From a candidate division FCPU426 bacterium (lineage in GTDB: Bacteria > Oederibacteriota > JAAXVQ01 > JAUVAV01): a DNA stretch of 64,000 nucleotides. The stretch lies in contig JBFLYH010000001.1 of the NCBI GenBank assembly GCA_040756875.1, positions 832,001 through 896,000 of the forward strand, given 5' to 3'. A model generated the notes under the pieces. The model was not told where the DNA came from, did not search any database, and was given only the letters and a program-made list of their open reading frames with translations. Below are positions 42,006 through 52,128 of this stretch, piece after piece (within the stretch, counting starts at the first letter, position 1; each line of letters begins with the position of its first letter). Made by a program: the position numbers and the translations under genes.

Positions 42006-42479
42006 TCAGGCCATTTCCGCCGACAGGACGCGGTAGCGCCGCACTCCGGCCGGAATACGGATTTCGATGTCCTCCCCCACTTTTTTCCCGACCAATCCCT
42101 TGCCTACCGGAGAGGTGACTGAAATCCGGCCCTGCTCGAAGTTGGATTCCTGCGGGGAAACCAGCATATAAACCACTTCTTCCTGGGTGTTTAAATCCTG
42201 CAAAACCACGCGTTGGCCGACTGATACCCGGCCTTCGGGAATGTGGGCTTTGTCAATGACCTGGGCTTTGGCCAGCTGGTCCTGCAATTGGTGGATGCGG
42301 AGTTCCAATTTGGCCTGTTCTTCCTTGGCCGCATCATATTCGGCGTTTTCGGAAAGATCGCCATGTTCGCGCGCGACCTGAATGGCCTGGGTAACCACCC
42401 GCCTGCGTGGACCCATCAATTCCGCCAGTTCCGCTTGCAATTTCGCGTATCCCTCGGGAGTCAAGTAGACTTTTTCCAT
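42006..42479 (-). CDS. greA: Transcription elongation factor GreA
   Basis: AREHGDLSENAEYDAAKEEQ and ISVTSPVG. Confidence 0.96.
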   Translation of the reverse strand: MEKVYLTPEGYAKLQAELAELMGPRRRVVTQAIQVAREHGDLSENAEYDAAKEEQAKLELRIHQLQDQLAKAQVIDKAHIPEGRVSVGQRVVLQDLNTQEEVVYMLVSPQESNFEQGRISVTSPVGKGLVGKKVGEDIEIRIPAGVRRYRVLSAEMA

Positions 42480-42511
42480 GTTCAAACCCGCCTTATTCGG
42501 TGTTTTTTGAA

Positions 42512-42540
42512 ATTGTATGCGAACCCGGATCATTTGTCAA
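42512..42540 (-). promoter_or_regulatory. sigma70-type promoter of greA
   Basis: TTGACA (42540-42535), 17-nt spacer, TACAAT (42517-42512). Confidence 0.8.
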
Positions 42541-42590
42541 ATCCCTCCAGCCGGCTTGCTTTTTTTCCGGATTGACAATACAATACCCGC

Positions 42591-45038
42591 ATGGCATCCC
42601 CAACCTGGCTCCGTCATTTCTTCCCCTCCCTGCTCAACCGGTTGCGCGATATAAGGCCGCCGCTCAAGCTTCGTAACCAGCTGTTAAGCGTCATACTGAT
42701 CCTGGTCACGTTCAACTTCATCTTTTTTGCCCTGCTTGCCATGCGCACCCGCGTATCCTACGTGGCTTGGGAAACCGAGCGGGCGCTCCAGCACCAGGCC
42801 GGAGAATTGGGGCGTTTTACCGACGAATACTTCATGGAAATCATCCGCCGGATGCACGCCGACCTCTCAAAACTGAAAATCACGGACATCGAATCCCCCG
42901 AAAAATTCCAATCCGATCTGGATCCCTGGTTCCGCCGTTTCCCATCTTTGCAGGCCATCTCGCTTTTAAATGCCCGCCAAGCCGTCGTCGCATACGCGCT
43001 GCGCCAGCATCAGGATCTATCGTTGGTGGATGTCAAGGACCAGCATCTGCTCCGCCTAGCCGGCGACACTTCGGATGTCTGGCTGGGCAAGGCCGAGTAT
43101 CTTCCGACCTACGGCCGCCTGGTCTTGCCGGTTTTATTTTTGCTGCACCCCCAAAAATTTCCCGCCGGCGGCTGGCATTTGCGCGCCAGTTTGAATTTCA
43201 CGGAATTCATCCTGGAACTTTCCAAATACCACTTGCCGTCGGAAACAGAGATCGTCCTGGTCAATTCAGAGGGAAAAATCCTGTTGCATCCGCGTCTGCC
43301 GCCGGGGCGCCAATTGGGCCGCTACCAGCAGCTCATTCACGAATTGCTTTCGCGCCGCCAGCATGCCGGCGTCAGCCCCCAGGTTTTTCAAGTCGCCGCC
43401 TCGGAAAACGACCAGGGAGAGCGCGTGCTGCGCGCTTACGCCTATTGCGCGAATCTCGGGTGGGGATTGTTCCTGGAACAAAACGCCGCCATCATCCCCC
43501 AGCGCATCAACCGGCAGCGCCTGCTGCTGGCCGGATTGCTGTTGGGGCCGCTCATCCTGACTCTGATGGTCAGCCTGGGCGTGGTCGTCCAGTTGACGCG
43601 GCCGCTGGAAGAGCTCGAAGCCGGCATCAAATTGTTCGAAGCCGGATTGCTCTTCGAGCCATTGCCCATCCACGGCCAGGATGAAATCGGGCGTTTGACC
43701 ATGGCCTTCAACCAAATGGTGCACACTCTGGTGGCCCGCAACGAGGAGATCCAAAACAAAACCCGCAAGCTTCTCTTTTTCAACGAAATCACCAGCATTA
43801 TCAACCAATCCATCGATTTGCGCACATTCCTCAACCAGGCTCTGCGCAAAATTCTCCAGAATCTCAGTGTGTCCGCCGGCTGGATTTATATCTTCGATCC
43901 GCAAGTTAAAAAGCTCAACCTGCTGGCGCATTTCGGGCTGACCGAACAGCAGTTGTCATGGTTGAAGAGCCCCGACTTCACCGACGCGCTCCAGAAAAAA
44001 TTATACAGCACGGGCAAGCCCTCCCTCTGGCGGGACCTTTCCCGCCAGCTTGAACTCGATCACGCCCGCTGGGCGGAACTGCTGCCGGACCTTCTGCTGG
44101 TGCCTCTGCGTTCCAAAAAACGGACGGTGGGCGTGCTGGCCCTGACCACCACCCATAAGTATTTTTCGCAGTACAAGGAAATGGACCAATTGATCCGGAT
44201 CGGCGGCGAACTTGGAATCGCCGTGGAAAACGCCCTGTTGTACATCGAACTGCAACTGAAGATAAAGGAACGGGACGAAGTCAACCGCGAGCTGCAGGAA
44301 ATGGACCGTTTCAAGGATCACATTCTGTCCAACGTCTCCCACGAACTGCGGACGCCCATCACCTCCATACGTTCCTATACCGACCTCTTTCTGGCAGGCA
44401 AAATCGGGCCGCTGAGCGACGTGCAAAAAGACAAACTCGCCATCATCCAGCGCAACGTCAACCACCTGCTGGTGCTGATCAACGACCTTCTGACCATGTC
44501 CAAAATGCAGGATCAAAAGCTTCTGCTCAAACACCGGGAAACGATGGCCATCCAGGAGGCCGTCGACCAGGTACTGGCCGATACACGGGAGATGGCCCGG
44601 GCCAAGAATCTCAAACTGGCCCGCACGGGAGAATCCAAGCCCATATACATCCGGGTCAACATCCAAAAAATGTACCAGGTCTTGCAGAACCTGGTTTCAA
44701 ATGCCATCAAATTCACGGAACAGGGCTCGGTGACAGTCGACATCAAACTGGCGGCGGGCGGCCCGACGGGACGGCAGGTCGAAATCAGCGTCACCGACAC
44801 CGGCATCGGCATCCCGCCGGAAGCCCACGATAAGATTTACCAGCGTTTTTACCAGGTGGATTCTTCCAGCACCCGCAAATACGTGGGCACGGGGCTGGGC
44901 TTGGCGATCGTTAAAGAACTATTGGAAGCGCACGGGACGGAAATAAAATTGGAAAGTAGAGTGGGGGAAGGCAGCCGGTTTTGGTTCCGGCTGCCCGTGG
45001 AAGAAGCCCCGAAAATCAATCAATTGCCCAACGCCTGA
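42591..45038 (+). CDS. Membrane sensor histidine kinase (Cache-like, HAMP, GAF, HisKA, HATPase)
   Basis: Two TM segments, DEIGRL..AFNQM, SHELRTP, NLVSNAIKFT, DTGIGI and GTGLGLAI. Confidence 0.93.
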   Translation: MASPTWLRHFFPSLLNRLRDIRPPLKLRNQLLSVILILVTFNFIFFALLAMRTRVSYVAWETERALQHQAGELGRFTDEYFMEIIRRMHADLSKLKITDIESPEKFQSDLDPWFRRFPSLQAISLLNARQAVVAYALRQHQDLSLVDVKDQHLLRLAGDTSDVWLGKAEYLPTYGRLVLPVLFLLHPQKFPAGGWHLRASLNFTEFILELSKYHLPSETEIVLVNSEGKILLHPRLPPGRQLGRYQQLIHELLSRRQHAGVSPQVFQVAASENDQGERVLRAYAYCANLGWGLFLEQNAAIIPQRINRQRLLLAGLLLGPLILTLMVSLGVVVQLTRPLEELEAGIKLFEAGLLFEPLPIHGQDEIGRLTMAFNQMVHTLVARNEEIQNKTRKLLFFNEITSIINQSIDLRTFLNQALRKILQNLSVSAGWIYIFDPQVKKLNLLAHFGLTEQQLSWLKSPDFTDALQKKLYSTGKPSLWRDLSRQLELDHARWAELLPDLLLVPLRSKKRTVGVLALTTTHKYFSQYKEMDQLIRIGGELGIAVENALLYIELQLKIKERDEVNRELQEMDRFKDHILSNVSHELRTPITSIRSYTDLFLAGKIGPLSDVQKDKLAIIQRNVNHLLVLINDLLTMSKMQDQKLLLKHRETMAIQEAVDQVLADTREMARAKNLKLARTGESKPIYIRVNIQKMYQVLQNLVSNAIKFTEQGSVTVDIKLAAGGPTGRQVEISVTDTGIGIPPEAHDKIYQRFYQVDSSSTRKYVGTGLGLAIVKELLEAHGTEIKLESRVGEGSRFWFRLPVEEAPKINQLPNA

Positions 45039-45047
45039 ACCGATCCG

Positions 45048-46223
45048 TCAGGCGAAAACTTTTTTCAGGCTGCGCAACGCCTGACGCGTGCGCTCTTCGT
45101 TTTCGATCAGTGCGAAACGGACATATCCTTCCCCGCCCTCCCCGAAGCCTTCACCCGGCGCCACGGCCACCTTGGCGGTCTGCAGCAGGTGCATGGCAAA
45201 TCCGACCGAACCCATCCCACGGAAGCGTTCGGGGATTCGGGCCCATACGAACATCGTCGCTTTCGGCTTGGGAACTTCCCAGCCCAGTTTATTGAGTCCG
45301 TCCACCAGCACATCCCGTCGCACGCGATACGTGTTGACGATTTCCCCCACGCAATCCTGCGGTCCGTTCAGGGCGCAAATCGCCGCGATTTGAATGGGTG
45401 TGAACATGCCGTAATCCAGATAGCTTTTAATCCGGGCCAGAGTAGCGACCGCCTGGGCGTTTCCGACCATGAATCCCACCCGCCAGCCCGGCATGTTGTA
45501 GGTTTTGGAAAGAGAATAAAACTCCACGCCCCGTTCCTTGGCTCCCGGCACCTGCAGCAAGCTGGGAGAACGAAAATCATCAAAGCACAACTCCGCGTAA
45601 GCGTGGTCGTGGATGACCCAAAATCCCTCCTCCTTCGCCAAGGCAACGACCTGTTCGAAAAAGCGGAGATCGACGACCTCGCCGGTGGGATTGTGGGGAT
45701 AGGAAAGGATCACTGCCTTGGGTTTGGGCCACGCTTGCCGGCAGCAGGCATGCAGCCTGGGCAGGATATCCTCACCCGGACTGAACGGAATGCTGATCAC
45801 GTTCCCTTCCGACAAAACCACCGAATAGGCATGAATGGGGTAGCAAGGCGTGGGCACGACCACCGTGTCCCCCGGATTGAGCAGGGAAAGCATGAAGTGC
45901 GAAATGCCTTCCTTGGCACCGATGGTCGCGATCGCTTCCTTGTCGGGATCAAGCTCCACGCCGAACCGTCGCGCATACCATTTGCAAATCGCTTCGCGCA
46001 GCTTGAAAACACCGCGCGACACCGAATAGCGGTGGTTTTGTGGCTTTCCGGCCGCCTCCACCAGCTTATCCACGATGTGTTGGGGCGTGGCCATGTCCGG
46101 ATTGCCCATGCCGAAATCAATGATATCTTCTCCCCGACCCCGTGCAGCTTTGGTTTCCGCCGTCACCTTGGCCAGGACATAGGGGGGTATTCGATCCAAT
46201 TTATTCGCGTGCATTTCGATCAC
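45048..46223 (-). CDS. Class I/II PLP aminotransferase (AlaC / LL-DAP aminotransferase-like)
   Basis: DFGMGNPD, HRYSVSRG, YPHNPTG and SLSKTYNMPGWRVG. Confidence 0.9.
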   Translation of the reverse strand: MIEMHANKLDRIPPYVLAKVTAETKAARGRGEDIIDFGMGNPDMATPQHIVDKLVEAAGKPQNHRYSVSRGVFKLREAICKWYARRFGVELDPDKEAIATIGAKEGISHFMLSLLNPGDTVVVPTPCYPIHAYSVVLSEGNVISIPFSPGEDILPRLHACCRQAWPKPKAVILSYPHNPTGEVVDLRFFEQVVALAKEEGFWVIHDHAYAELCFDDFRSPSLLQVPGAKERGVEFYSLSKTYNMPGWRVGFMVGNAQAVATLARIKSYLDYGMFTPIQIAAICALNGPQDCVGEIVNTYRVRRDVLVDGLNKLGWEVPKPKATMFVWARIPERFRGMGSVGFAMHLLQTAKVAVAPGEGFGEGGEGYVRFALIENEERTRQALRSLKKVFA

Positions 46224-46252
46224 CTACTCGTTCGCTGCGATTTGCCGCGGCC

Positions 46253-47194
46253 TCAAGGCCGCCGACGCTGTTTCAGACGCATCCGCAACGTCCAGGACGG
46301 TATGCGTTGCGAGGCCAAATACCGGTAACGTCTCTGCACTTCCCCGGCTTTCAAGCCGGTCAGGCCTTGCACTGAAAAAGCTTCCACTGTGTGTGCGGCC
46401 AACACCGTGCCGACCGCGACGGCCCGCCGCAAGGATTCAGCGGTCAGAGCCCGTCCCTGAGCCAGGATGCCGATCAGGCCTCCGGCGAACGTATCTCCGG
46501 CTCCCGTGGGGTCTTTTACTTCGTCCACGGGATAGGCCGGCAGCAGCCAGGTCTCCTTCCCCCACATCACCATGGCTCCGCAGGCACCCCTTTTGATAGC
46601 CACACCTCGCGGGCCGCGCCGCATCAGCCACCGCCCGGCTCTGACCACATTCGGTTCGCCCGACAACAGGCGCGCTTCACCTTCGTTGACCACCAGCAAG
46701 TCCGCGCGTTTCATCACCCGCAGCAGCTGCTCCCGTTTGTTTTCGATCCACAAATTCATCGTATCGAGCACAACCATGCTCGGCCGGATCATCTGGTCGA
46801 GCACCTGGTTTTGCAGGTCGGGATCGATATTCGCCAGGAAGACAAATGGGGCGTCCCGCCATTCGCGTGGCAAGCGAGGTTTGAAAGCGGCAAAAACGTT
46901 CAATTCCGTGGCGACCGTGTGCGCTTCATTCATGTCGCCCGTATAGTACCCTGACCAATGAAAAGTCTTGCCGGCGGCTCGTTCCAAACCGTCCAAAGCG
47001 ATCCCTTGGCGTTTGAGCAGCGCCAAATGCTCGTCCGGAAAATCCTCCCCCACCACACCCACGATTCCCGGCACCACGAACTGGCTGGCAGCCAGGGAGG
47101 CGTAAACCGCCGAGCCGCCCAACCCGCGGCGTATCGCGCCGTGCGGCGTCTTCACGTCGTCCAAAGCCACCGAACCGACGATCACCAGTTTCAT
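46253..47194 (-). CDS. PfkB family carbohydrate/nucleoside kinase
   Basis: LGGSA, NEGEA and DPTGAGDTFAGG. Confidence 0.92.
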   Translation of the reverse strand: MKLVIVGSVALDDVKTPHGAIRRGLGGSAVYASLAASQFVVPGIVGVVGEDFPDEHLALLKRQGIALDGLERAAGKTFHWSGYYTGDMNEAHTVATELNVFAAFKPRLPREWRDAPFVFLANIDPDLQNQVLDQMIRPSMVVLDTMNLWIENKREQLLRVMKRADLLVVNEGEARLLSGEPNVVRAGRWLMRRGPRGVAIKRGACGAMVMWGKETWLLPAYPVDEVKDPTGAGDTFAGGLIGILAQGRALTAESLRRAVAVGTVLAAHTVEAFSVQGLTGLKAGEVQRRYRYLASQRIPSWTLRMRLKQRRRP

Positions 47195-48801
47195 GAGGAA
47201 CGACTCCCTTTCCCCGCGCGCCGTTTATTGTTTATTGCGCGCACGCCGATAAAAAGAAGGTCCCAGAGTAGCATAAATCCGACAATCCCGCAAAGCCAAT
47301 CTCCCCAGCGCGCGAACCAGGTAAGCGTCTGTCGGGGACGCACATTCGCCACCACCGTTCCCGATTGACCCAAGGGCAGGATGGAAAGCAACCGTCCGCG
47401 GGGATCGTAGATCGCGGAAATGCCGGTGCTGGCGGTCCGCACGAGAAAACGGCCGTTCTCAGCCGCCCGGAAAGCCGAAAAACTGGCGTGCAAGGCCGGA
47501 GCGGCCGAATGGCCGAACCAAGCGTCGTTCGTCACCACCACCAGGATTTCCGCGCCCCGCCGTGTCAACTGGGCGGCGTACGCGGGAAACAGGCTTTCGA
47601 AGCAAATCAAGGCCGCCACCCAATGTCGTTCGCCGGACGTTATCCACGGCAGCAAGTCGCGTTTGCGGGCAGGCGTGAAACCTGCGCCTCCGTATCGTCT
47701 AACCACTTTATGGATGAGAGAAAAAACGGAATCCTTGAAGGGCACGTATTCCCCAAACGGCACCAAATGTTTCTTGGACGTGGCTCCGCTCACCCGCCCG
47801 GATTCATCCAGCGCCACGACCGAATTGTAATACAAGTACCCTTCGGCTGCATCGGGCTCGACCTCGTCCGTGCCGACTAACTGGGTGAGGCGCCAGCGTC
47901 CGGACCATTCCCGCACGACCTGAGCCGGTTCCCGGTCCAGGCTGAAAATGCCGGGGAAAGCGGTTTCCGGCCACACAGTCAAGCGGGCTCCCTGCGCCGC
48001 CGCCTGGGCGGTAAGGCGGCCGAATTTTTTCAAGGTCCGGCGCTGATAGGATTGGTCCCAAACCTGGTTCTGATCGATATTCCCCTGCAAGGCTGCCGCC
48101 ACCAGGGGCGTTGACCCAGGATGTTTCTTCAATTGCCGGTCCGATGCGATCGCTAGCAGTGTCACGAAGAGAATCAGGGCAGCCAAGCCGGCCAACCGAA
48201 GCCTGTTCGGCCGTGTTTCCCCGGCCACAGGGGATTGAAAAATCCCCGGCCAGATCCGGCGTAATACCGCGTACAAGCCGTAATTGACCAGAACGGTTGC
48301 CGCCGAGGCGCCCCACACACCCGTGACCGGCGCCAAGGCCAACATCCATGGATTCTGGTAATGCGCCATGCCCAGCATTACCCAGGGAAATCCGGAGATC
48401 ATAAAATTCCGCACATACTCCAGTCCCAACCATAAAGTGACCGCCGCGCTCCAGCCGGGCACCCCCGCGGCCAGCAAACGGCGATATCCCCATAAAAACA
48501 CACCCGTATACACAGCCAGATAAGCGGACAATGTCAGCCAGGCCAGCGGCCCCAGAGGATGCATGGCCGGCATGAAAGCCATCCAGATCGTGCTGGAACC
48601 GAAATAAACCATTCCGAAGACAAATCCGGATTTCCAGGCCTGGCTGAAAGTCATTCGCGGATCCAGGGAAAAAAGCGGAATCAAACAGAAAAACGCCAGA
48701 CTGCCTCCGCTCCACTGGAGGGAGGTCCCCACAGGGTTGGGAAACGACAAAGCCGCCAGCAAACCTGCCAGTAGCAATTTTCCCCAATCCGAGTTTTTCA
48801 T
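47191..48801 (-). CDS. lnt: Apolipoprotein N-acyltransferase
   Basis: GFPW, QGNI, WPETA, K.HLVPFGEY, ICFE and TNDAWFG (E-K-C triad). Confidence 0.94.
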   Translation of the reverse strand: MKNSDWGKLLLAGLLAALSFPNPVGTSLQWSGGSLAFFCLIPLFSLDPRMTFSQAWKSGFVFGMVYFGSSTIWMAFMPAMHPLGPLAWLTLSAYLAVYTGVFLWGYRRLLAAGVPGWSAAVTLWLGLEYVRNFMISGFPWVMLGMAHYQNPWMLALAPVTGVWGASAATVLVNYGLYAVLRRIWPGIFQSPVAGETRPNRLRLAGLAALILFVTLLAIASDRQLKKHPGSTPLVAAALQGNIDQNQVWDQSYQRRTLKKFGRLTAQAAAQGARLTVWPETAFPGIFSLDREPAQVVREWSGRWRLTQLVGTDEVEPDAAEGYLYYNSVVALDESGRVSGATSKKHLVPFGEYVPFKDSVFSLIHKVVRRYGGAGFTPARKRDLLPWITSGERHWVAALICFESLFPAYAAQLTRRGAEILVVVTNDAWFGHSAAPALHASFSAFRAAENGRFLVRTASTGISAIYDPRGRLLSILPLGQSGTVVANVRPRQTLTWFARWGDWLCGIVGFMLLWDLLFIGVRAINNKRRAGKGSRSS

Positions 48802-48802
48802 A

Positions 48803-49510
48803 TCAGGCGGAGATGAGCGTCCGGACCCATTCGGCCATCCAGGCCACAAACGCCGCGAACAAGCGTCCGGTTTCAAGGAAGAAAACGGGCAGGGTGATGA
48901 TATCCGGGGAAATGATCGACAATACCATGACCACCATGACGAGATTCATGAAATAGACAAAAGCCAGCGAGAAAAAGACGCCTACCTGACGGATGTCGCT
49001 CTGGCGGTCGCGCAGGGAGTGCAGCGTCAGCGCCAGATGAAAAGCCAGGGTCAGCCCAATGAAAAACGAAAGCAAGGGATAGAATTTCGGCGCCGCGATG
49101 AAATAGATCGGCAAGAGCATGAATGTGTAAAGAGGGAAAAAATAGGGAGCCAGGGCGATGAGAAAATTGGTTTTCGACAGCGTAACCTGGCCGCCCTCGC
49201 GCGAAACGGAAAGGGACTTGATCTTCCCACCGAGCAATACGGCCCAAAAGGCGTGGGTTAATTCATGCCCCATGACATGGATAAAGATCGGTTTCCACAA
49301 GAGCAGGTGCATGACCAAATACACCCCCGCGCCGGTGACAAATGCCAGTTGCACGGGTGTGACCAAATTGAACTGCGATAAATGGCGGAGCAAAACGGCG
49401 GTGGCAAAAACACCGGGAATGGTCAGGAGGAGTCCGGTCACGACTTTCAGCCAGGATCGCGGTGGATGCTGGGGGCGGGAGCGCCGGGAAGAAGGCATGC
49501 GGCGTTTCAC
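48803..49510 (-). CDS. Membrane metallopeptidase (M50/M50B-like)
   Basis: HELTH within a hydrophobic region, ALAPY, SD downstream; multiple TM segments. Confidence 0.7.
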   Translation of the reverse strand: MKRRMPSSRRSRPQHPPRSWLKVVTGLLLTIPGVFATAVLLRHLSQFNLVTPVQLAFVTGAGVYLVMHLLLWKPIFIHVMGHELTHAFWAVLLGGKIKSLSVSREGGQVTLSKTNFLIALAPYFFPLYTFMLLPIYFIAAPKFYPLLSFFIGLTLAFHLALTLHSLRDRQSDIRQVGVFFSLAFVYFMNLVMVVMVLSIISPDIITLPVFFLETGRLFAAFVAWMAEWVRTLISA

Positions 49511-50928
49511 GCGAGCGTGGTTTGGTTGCGCCCGTTTTCCTTGGAACGGTACAGGGCGGCGTCGGCCGCTTCGATCAGTTGGAGGGGCGTTTGGGCATCC
49601 TTATGATATTCAGCCAGGCCGATGGAAATGGTGACCTGCACGTTTTCGCCGTTGAGCACGAACGGAATCGCTTCAACCGCCTTGCGAAGGCGCTCCGCCG
49701 GGATGACGGCCTCCTCTTTGCTGACTTCCGGCATGATCACCGAAAATTCCTCGCCGCCGTAGCGCGCCGGCACATCCACATCCCGGAAATTCTCCTTGAT
49801 GGCTTTGGCCACGGCGATCAGCACCTCGTCGCCCTTGGTATGCCCATAGGTATCATTGATGTTCTTGAAGTGGTCGATGTCGCTCATCAGCAAGGTGAGT
49901 TTGTTGTGATACCGCTCCGCCCGCTTGATTTCATCATCCAGGCGCAGTTGAAAATAGCGTTTCAGATACAACTTGGTCATCGCGTCCGTAATCGCCTGTT
50001 CGTAATGACGGGCATTGCGCAGCGCCAAGGCGGCCAGGGAGGCCAGCGTATTGATGAAATCCTTTTCCCCCTGGCCAAATTCCTCTCCGGACAGTTTCTT
50101 GCTGATCATCATCGACCCGATGATCTGGTCCTTGGCCAGGAGCGGCACGATCATATAGGTCTTGTAAGCGGCGAAAAATTCCATTTCCGCTTTAAATTCC
50201 GGCCGGCTTTCCAGCTCATGCAAAATCAACGCCTGCTGTTCCCTCTGCCGGAGAAAATTAAGGAATGTTTCCGTGGTGGAAACCGATTCGGCGCGCTGGG
50301 AATCCTGGCGAAGGCCCTTCTGATACATGCGGACCAGGCGGGGCTGGGGCCCCTCCTCGTCCAGAAAGGCGATGGTCATGGTCGTGGTGCCCAACTGCCC
50401 CATTGAAGTGAAGCACGAAATTTTCAAAATCGTTTCGACCGACAGGGTGGAATTCAACTCTTTGCCGATGTTGAAAAGCGTGAACAAATCATAGACTTTT
50501 TTATCGAGTTCCCGGTAGGTTTTCTCGATGATTTCCGCGTGCGAAGCCAATTCGCGGTTGGAGGTTTCCAGTTCCAGCCGTTTCATTTGGGCGTCCAAAA
50601 CGATTTGGTTGAAATTATTGGCCAACCTTCCGATTTCGTCGTCGCGAACCAGCGAGATTCCTCCCTCGCGGATCCCCTGCAGCGTCTCTTCGGTCTCCTG
50701 GATCAACAAGCGGATGGGTTTGAAAAGCTGGTTATAGGTCACGAGAATGGCCAAAACCGTCACGGTGATCAGCCCGGCGCTGACACTCATCAGCAGGATT
50801 CTCAACCCGGGGTTTGGTTGAAAAAAACCGACAACGGCCATTACCAGGCAGCCGACCACCGCCATTCCGCCCAGCAGGAGGATGGAGCCGAAACGCCCGC
50901 GTTTGATCAACGCTTCCCCGTTGCCCAT
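49507..50928 (-). CDS. Membrane diguanylate cyclase (HAMP-GAF-GGDEF)
   Basis: Two TM segments, DEIGRLANNFN, GAF-like domain, DIDHFKNINDTYGH, RDVD and RYGGEEF. Confidence 0.93.
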   Translation of the reverse strand: MGNGEALIKRGRFGSILLLGGMAVVGCLVMAVVGFFQPNPGLRILLMSVSAGLITVTVLAILVTYNQLFKPIRLLIQETEETLQGIREGGISLVRDDEIGRLANNFNQIVLDAQMKRLELETSNRELASHAEIIEKTYRELDKKVYDLFTLFNIGKELNSTLSVETILKISCFTSMGQLGTTTMTIAFLDEEGPQPRLVRMYQKGLRQDSQRAESVSTTETFLNFLRQREQQALILHELESRPEFKAEMEFFAAYKTYMIVPLLAKDQIIGSMMISKKLSGEEFGQGEKDFINTLASLAALALRNARHYEQAITDAMTKLYLKRYFQLRLDDEIKRAERYHNKLTLLMSDIDHFKNINDTYGHTKGDEVLIAVAKAIKENFRDVDVPARYGGEEFSVIMPEVSKEEAVIPAERLRKAVEAIPFVLNGENVQVTISIGLAEYHKDAQTPLQLIEAADAALYRSKENGRNQTTLA

Positions 50929-51812
50929 TACGAAGCCGCCCCCGAAAAACGTTTCACCATGCGCAATTCGTTTATGTTGTCGCCGCTGCGATAATCAACC
51001 TCGTCCATGAATTGCGCGATCAAATAGCGACCCAATCCGCCGACCTTGCGTTCCGCCAAATGCCGCTTCAAATCCGGGAGCGGCGTTTTGGCGCTGTCGA
51101 AGGATTTTCCGTAATCACGCAACGCAATCTCCAGCCGGTCGGGATACAGCCAGGCTTCCACGTGAATCTCCTGATACGGATCGTAAGAATAAGCGTGTTC
51201 GACTACATTGGCCAGTGATTCATCAAGCGCCATCTCAATCTGCGAGATCGTTTCCGCGTCGAGGTTTTCCTCGCTGGTGATACCCACGATGAAGTTACGG
51301 ACATGGTTGAGATAATTGACATCGCTGGGAATGCGGAATTCCAGGTGCTTGACGTGTTTTAATCCCTGTATATAGCCGTGTTTAAGCGGGATGACCTTCC
51401 CGTATTTGTCGACAAAGTAAATTTCATTGCAGCGCAGGCAGCGGAAAATTTCGCTCTTGCCGGCAATGTTTTGCTGCCCGCATCCTGGGCACTGAATATC
51501 CTGAGGGAACGAGACCGGTTCCCCGCGCTCTATAACCTGAAAGTATTCTTCGCCGCTGCCCGCTTGATTCCAGGCGCGAATGCGAATCCGGCCCGAGCCG
51601 GTCACTGTCACTTCGCCTTCCCAGCGGCCTTGAAAAACGTTGGTGGCCAGCACCGGGGAAATCAACCCTCTGTCGGAGATGAGGTGCAGGTTGCCTTCAT
51701 AATCAGAAACCCGCGCGCCAGCTTCGTCCCGAGCCTCGATGACCAGCTGAAACGGTTCGCCGGCTACGATCTCCGAAGCATTCGTAAAGATCGAAAAATG
51801 ATGGACCGCCAT
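50928..51812 (-). CDS. RsbW/SpoIIAB-like Ser/Thr kinase with N-terminal Ig-like domain and zinc ribbon
   Basis: C-terminal ALDESLANVVEHAY, RDYGKSFD and GGLGRYLI..FMD; CPGC...CLRC in the middle. Confidence 0.88.
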   Translation of the reverse strand: MAVHHFSIFTNASEIVAGEPFQLVIEARDEAGARVSDYEGNLHLISDRGLISPVLATNVFQGRWEGEVTVTGSGRIRIRAWNQAGSGEEYFQVIERGEPVSFPQDIQCPGCGQQNIAGKSEIFRCLRCNEIYFVDKYGKVIPLKHGYIQGLKHVKHLEFRIPSDVNYLNHVRNFIVGITSEENLDAETISQIEMALDESLANVVEHAYSYDPYQEIHVEAWLYPDRLEIALRDYGKSFDSAKTPLPDLKRHLAERKVGGLGRYLIAQFMDEVDYRSGDNINELRMVKRFSGAAS

Positions 51813-52128
51813 TGCACATCCTAGTACGGCCGCCGGGCTGCGAGGTACTGGCCGACGAACCGGTTAGGTATTTCCCACAGGGGCGAGACGCGCCAAGCTG
51901 CATCTCCATCCCAATATCCCCTTCGTATTGGCCATGCATCCCCGGAGACAGGGAATCTGACTCGGGTTTCGTTTTTACCGTGCTTCAGATGGAGTTAGGA
52001 TTCAGGCAGGAGGGTCCGATGGCGTGACGGTTCGGTTTTACGCGGAAGCTCCCCGAAGCTCTGTTCCCCATCTCCATAGAGCGCTGCGGGATAGTGGCCC
52101 CGGGGCGGGAAGGTTCCCGCTTGCAGAC

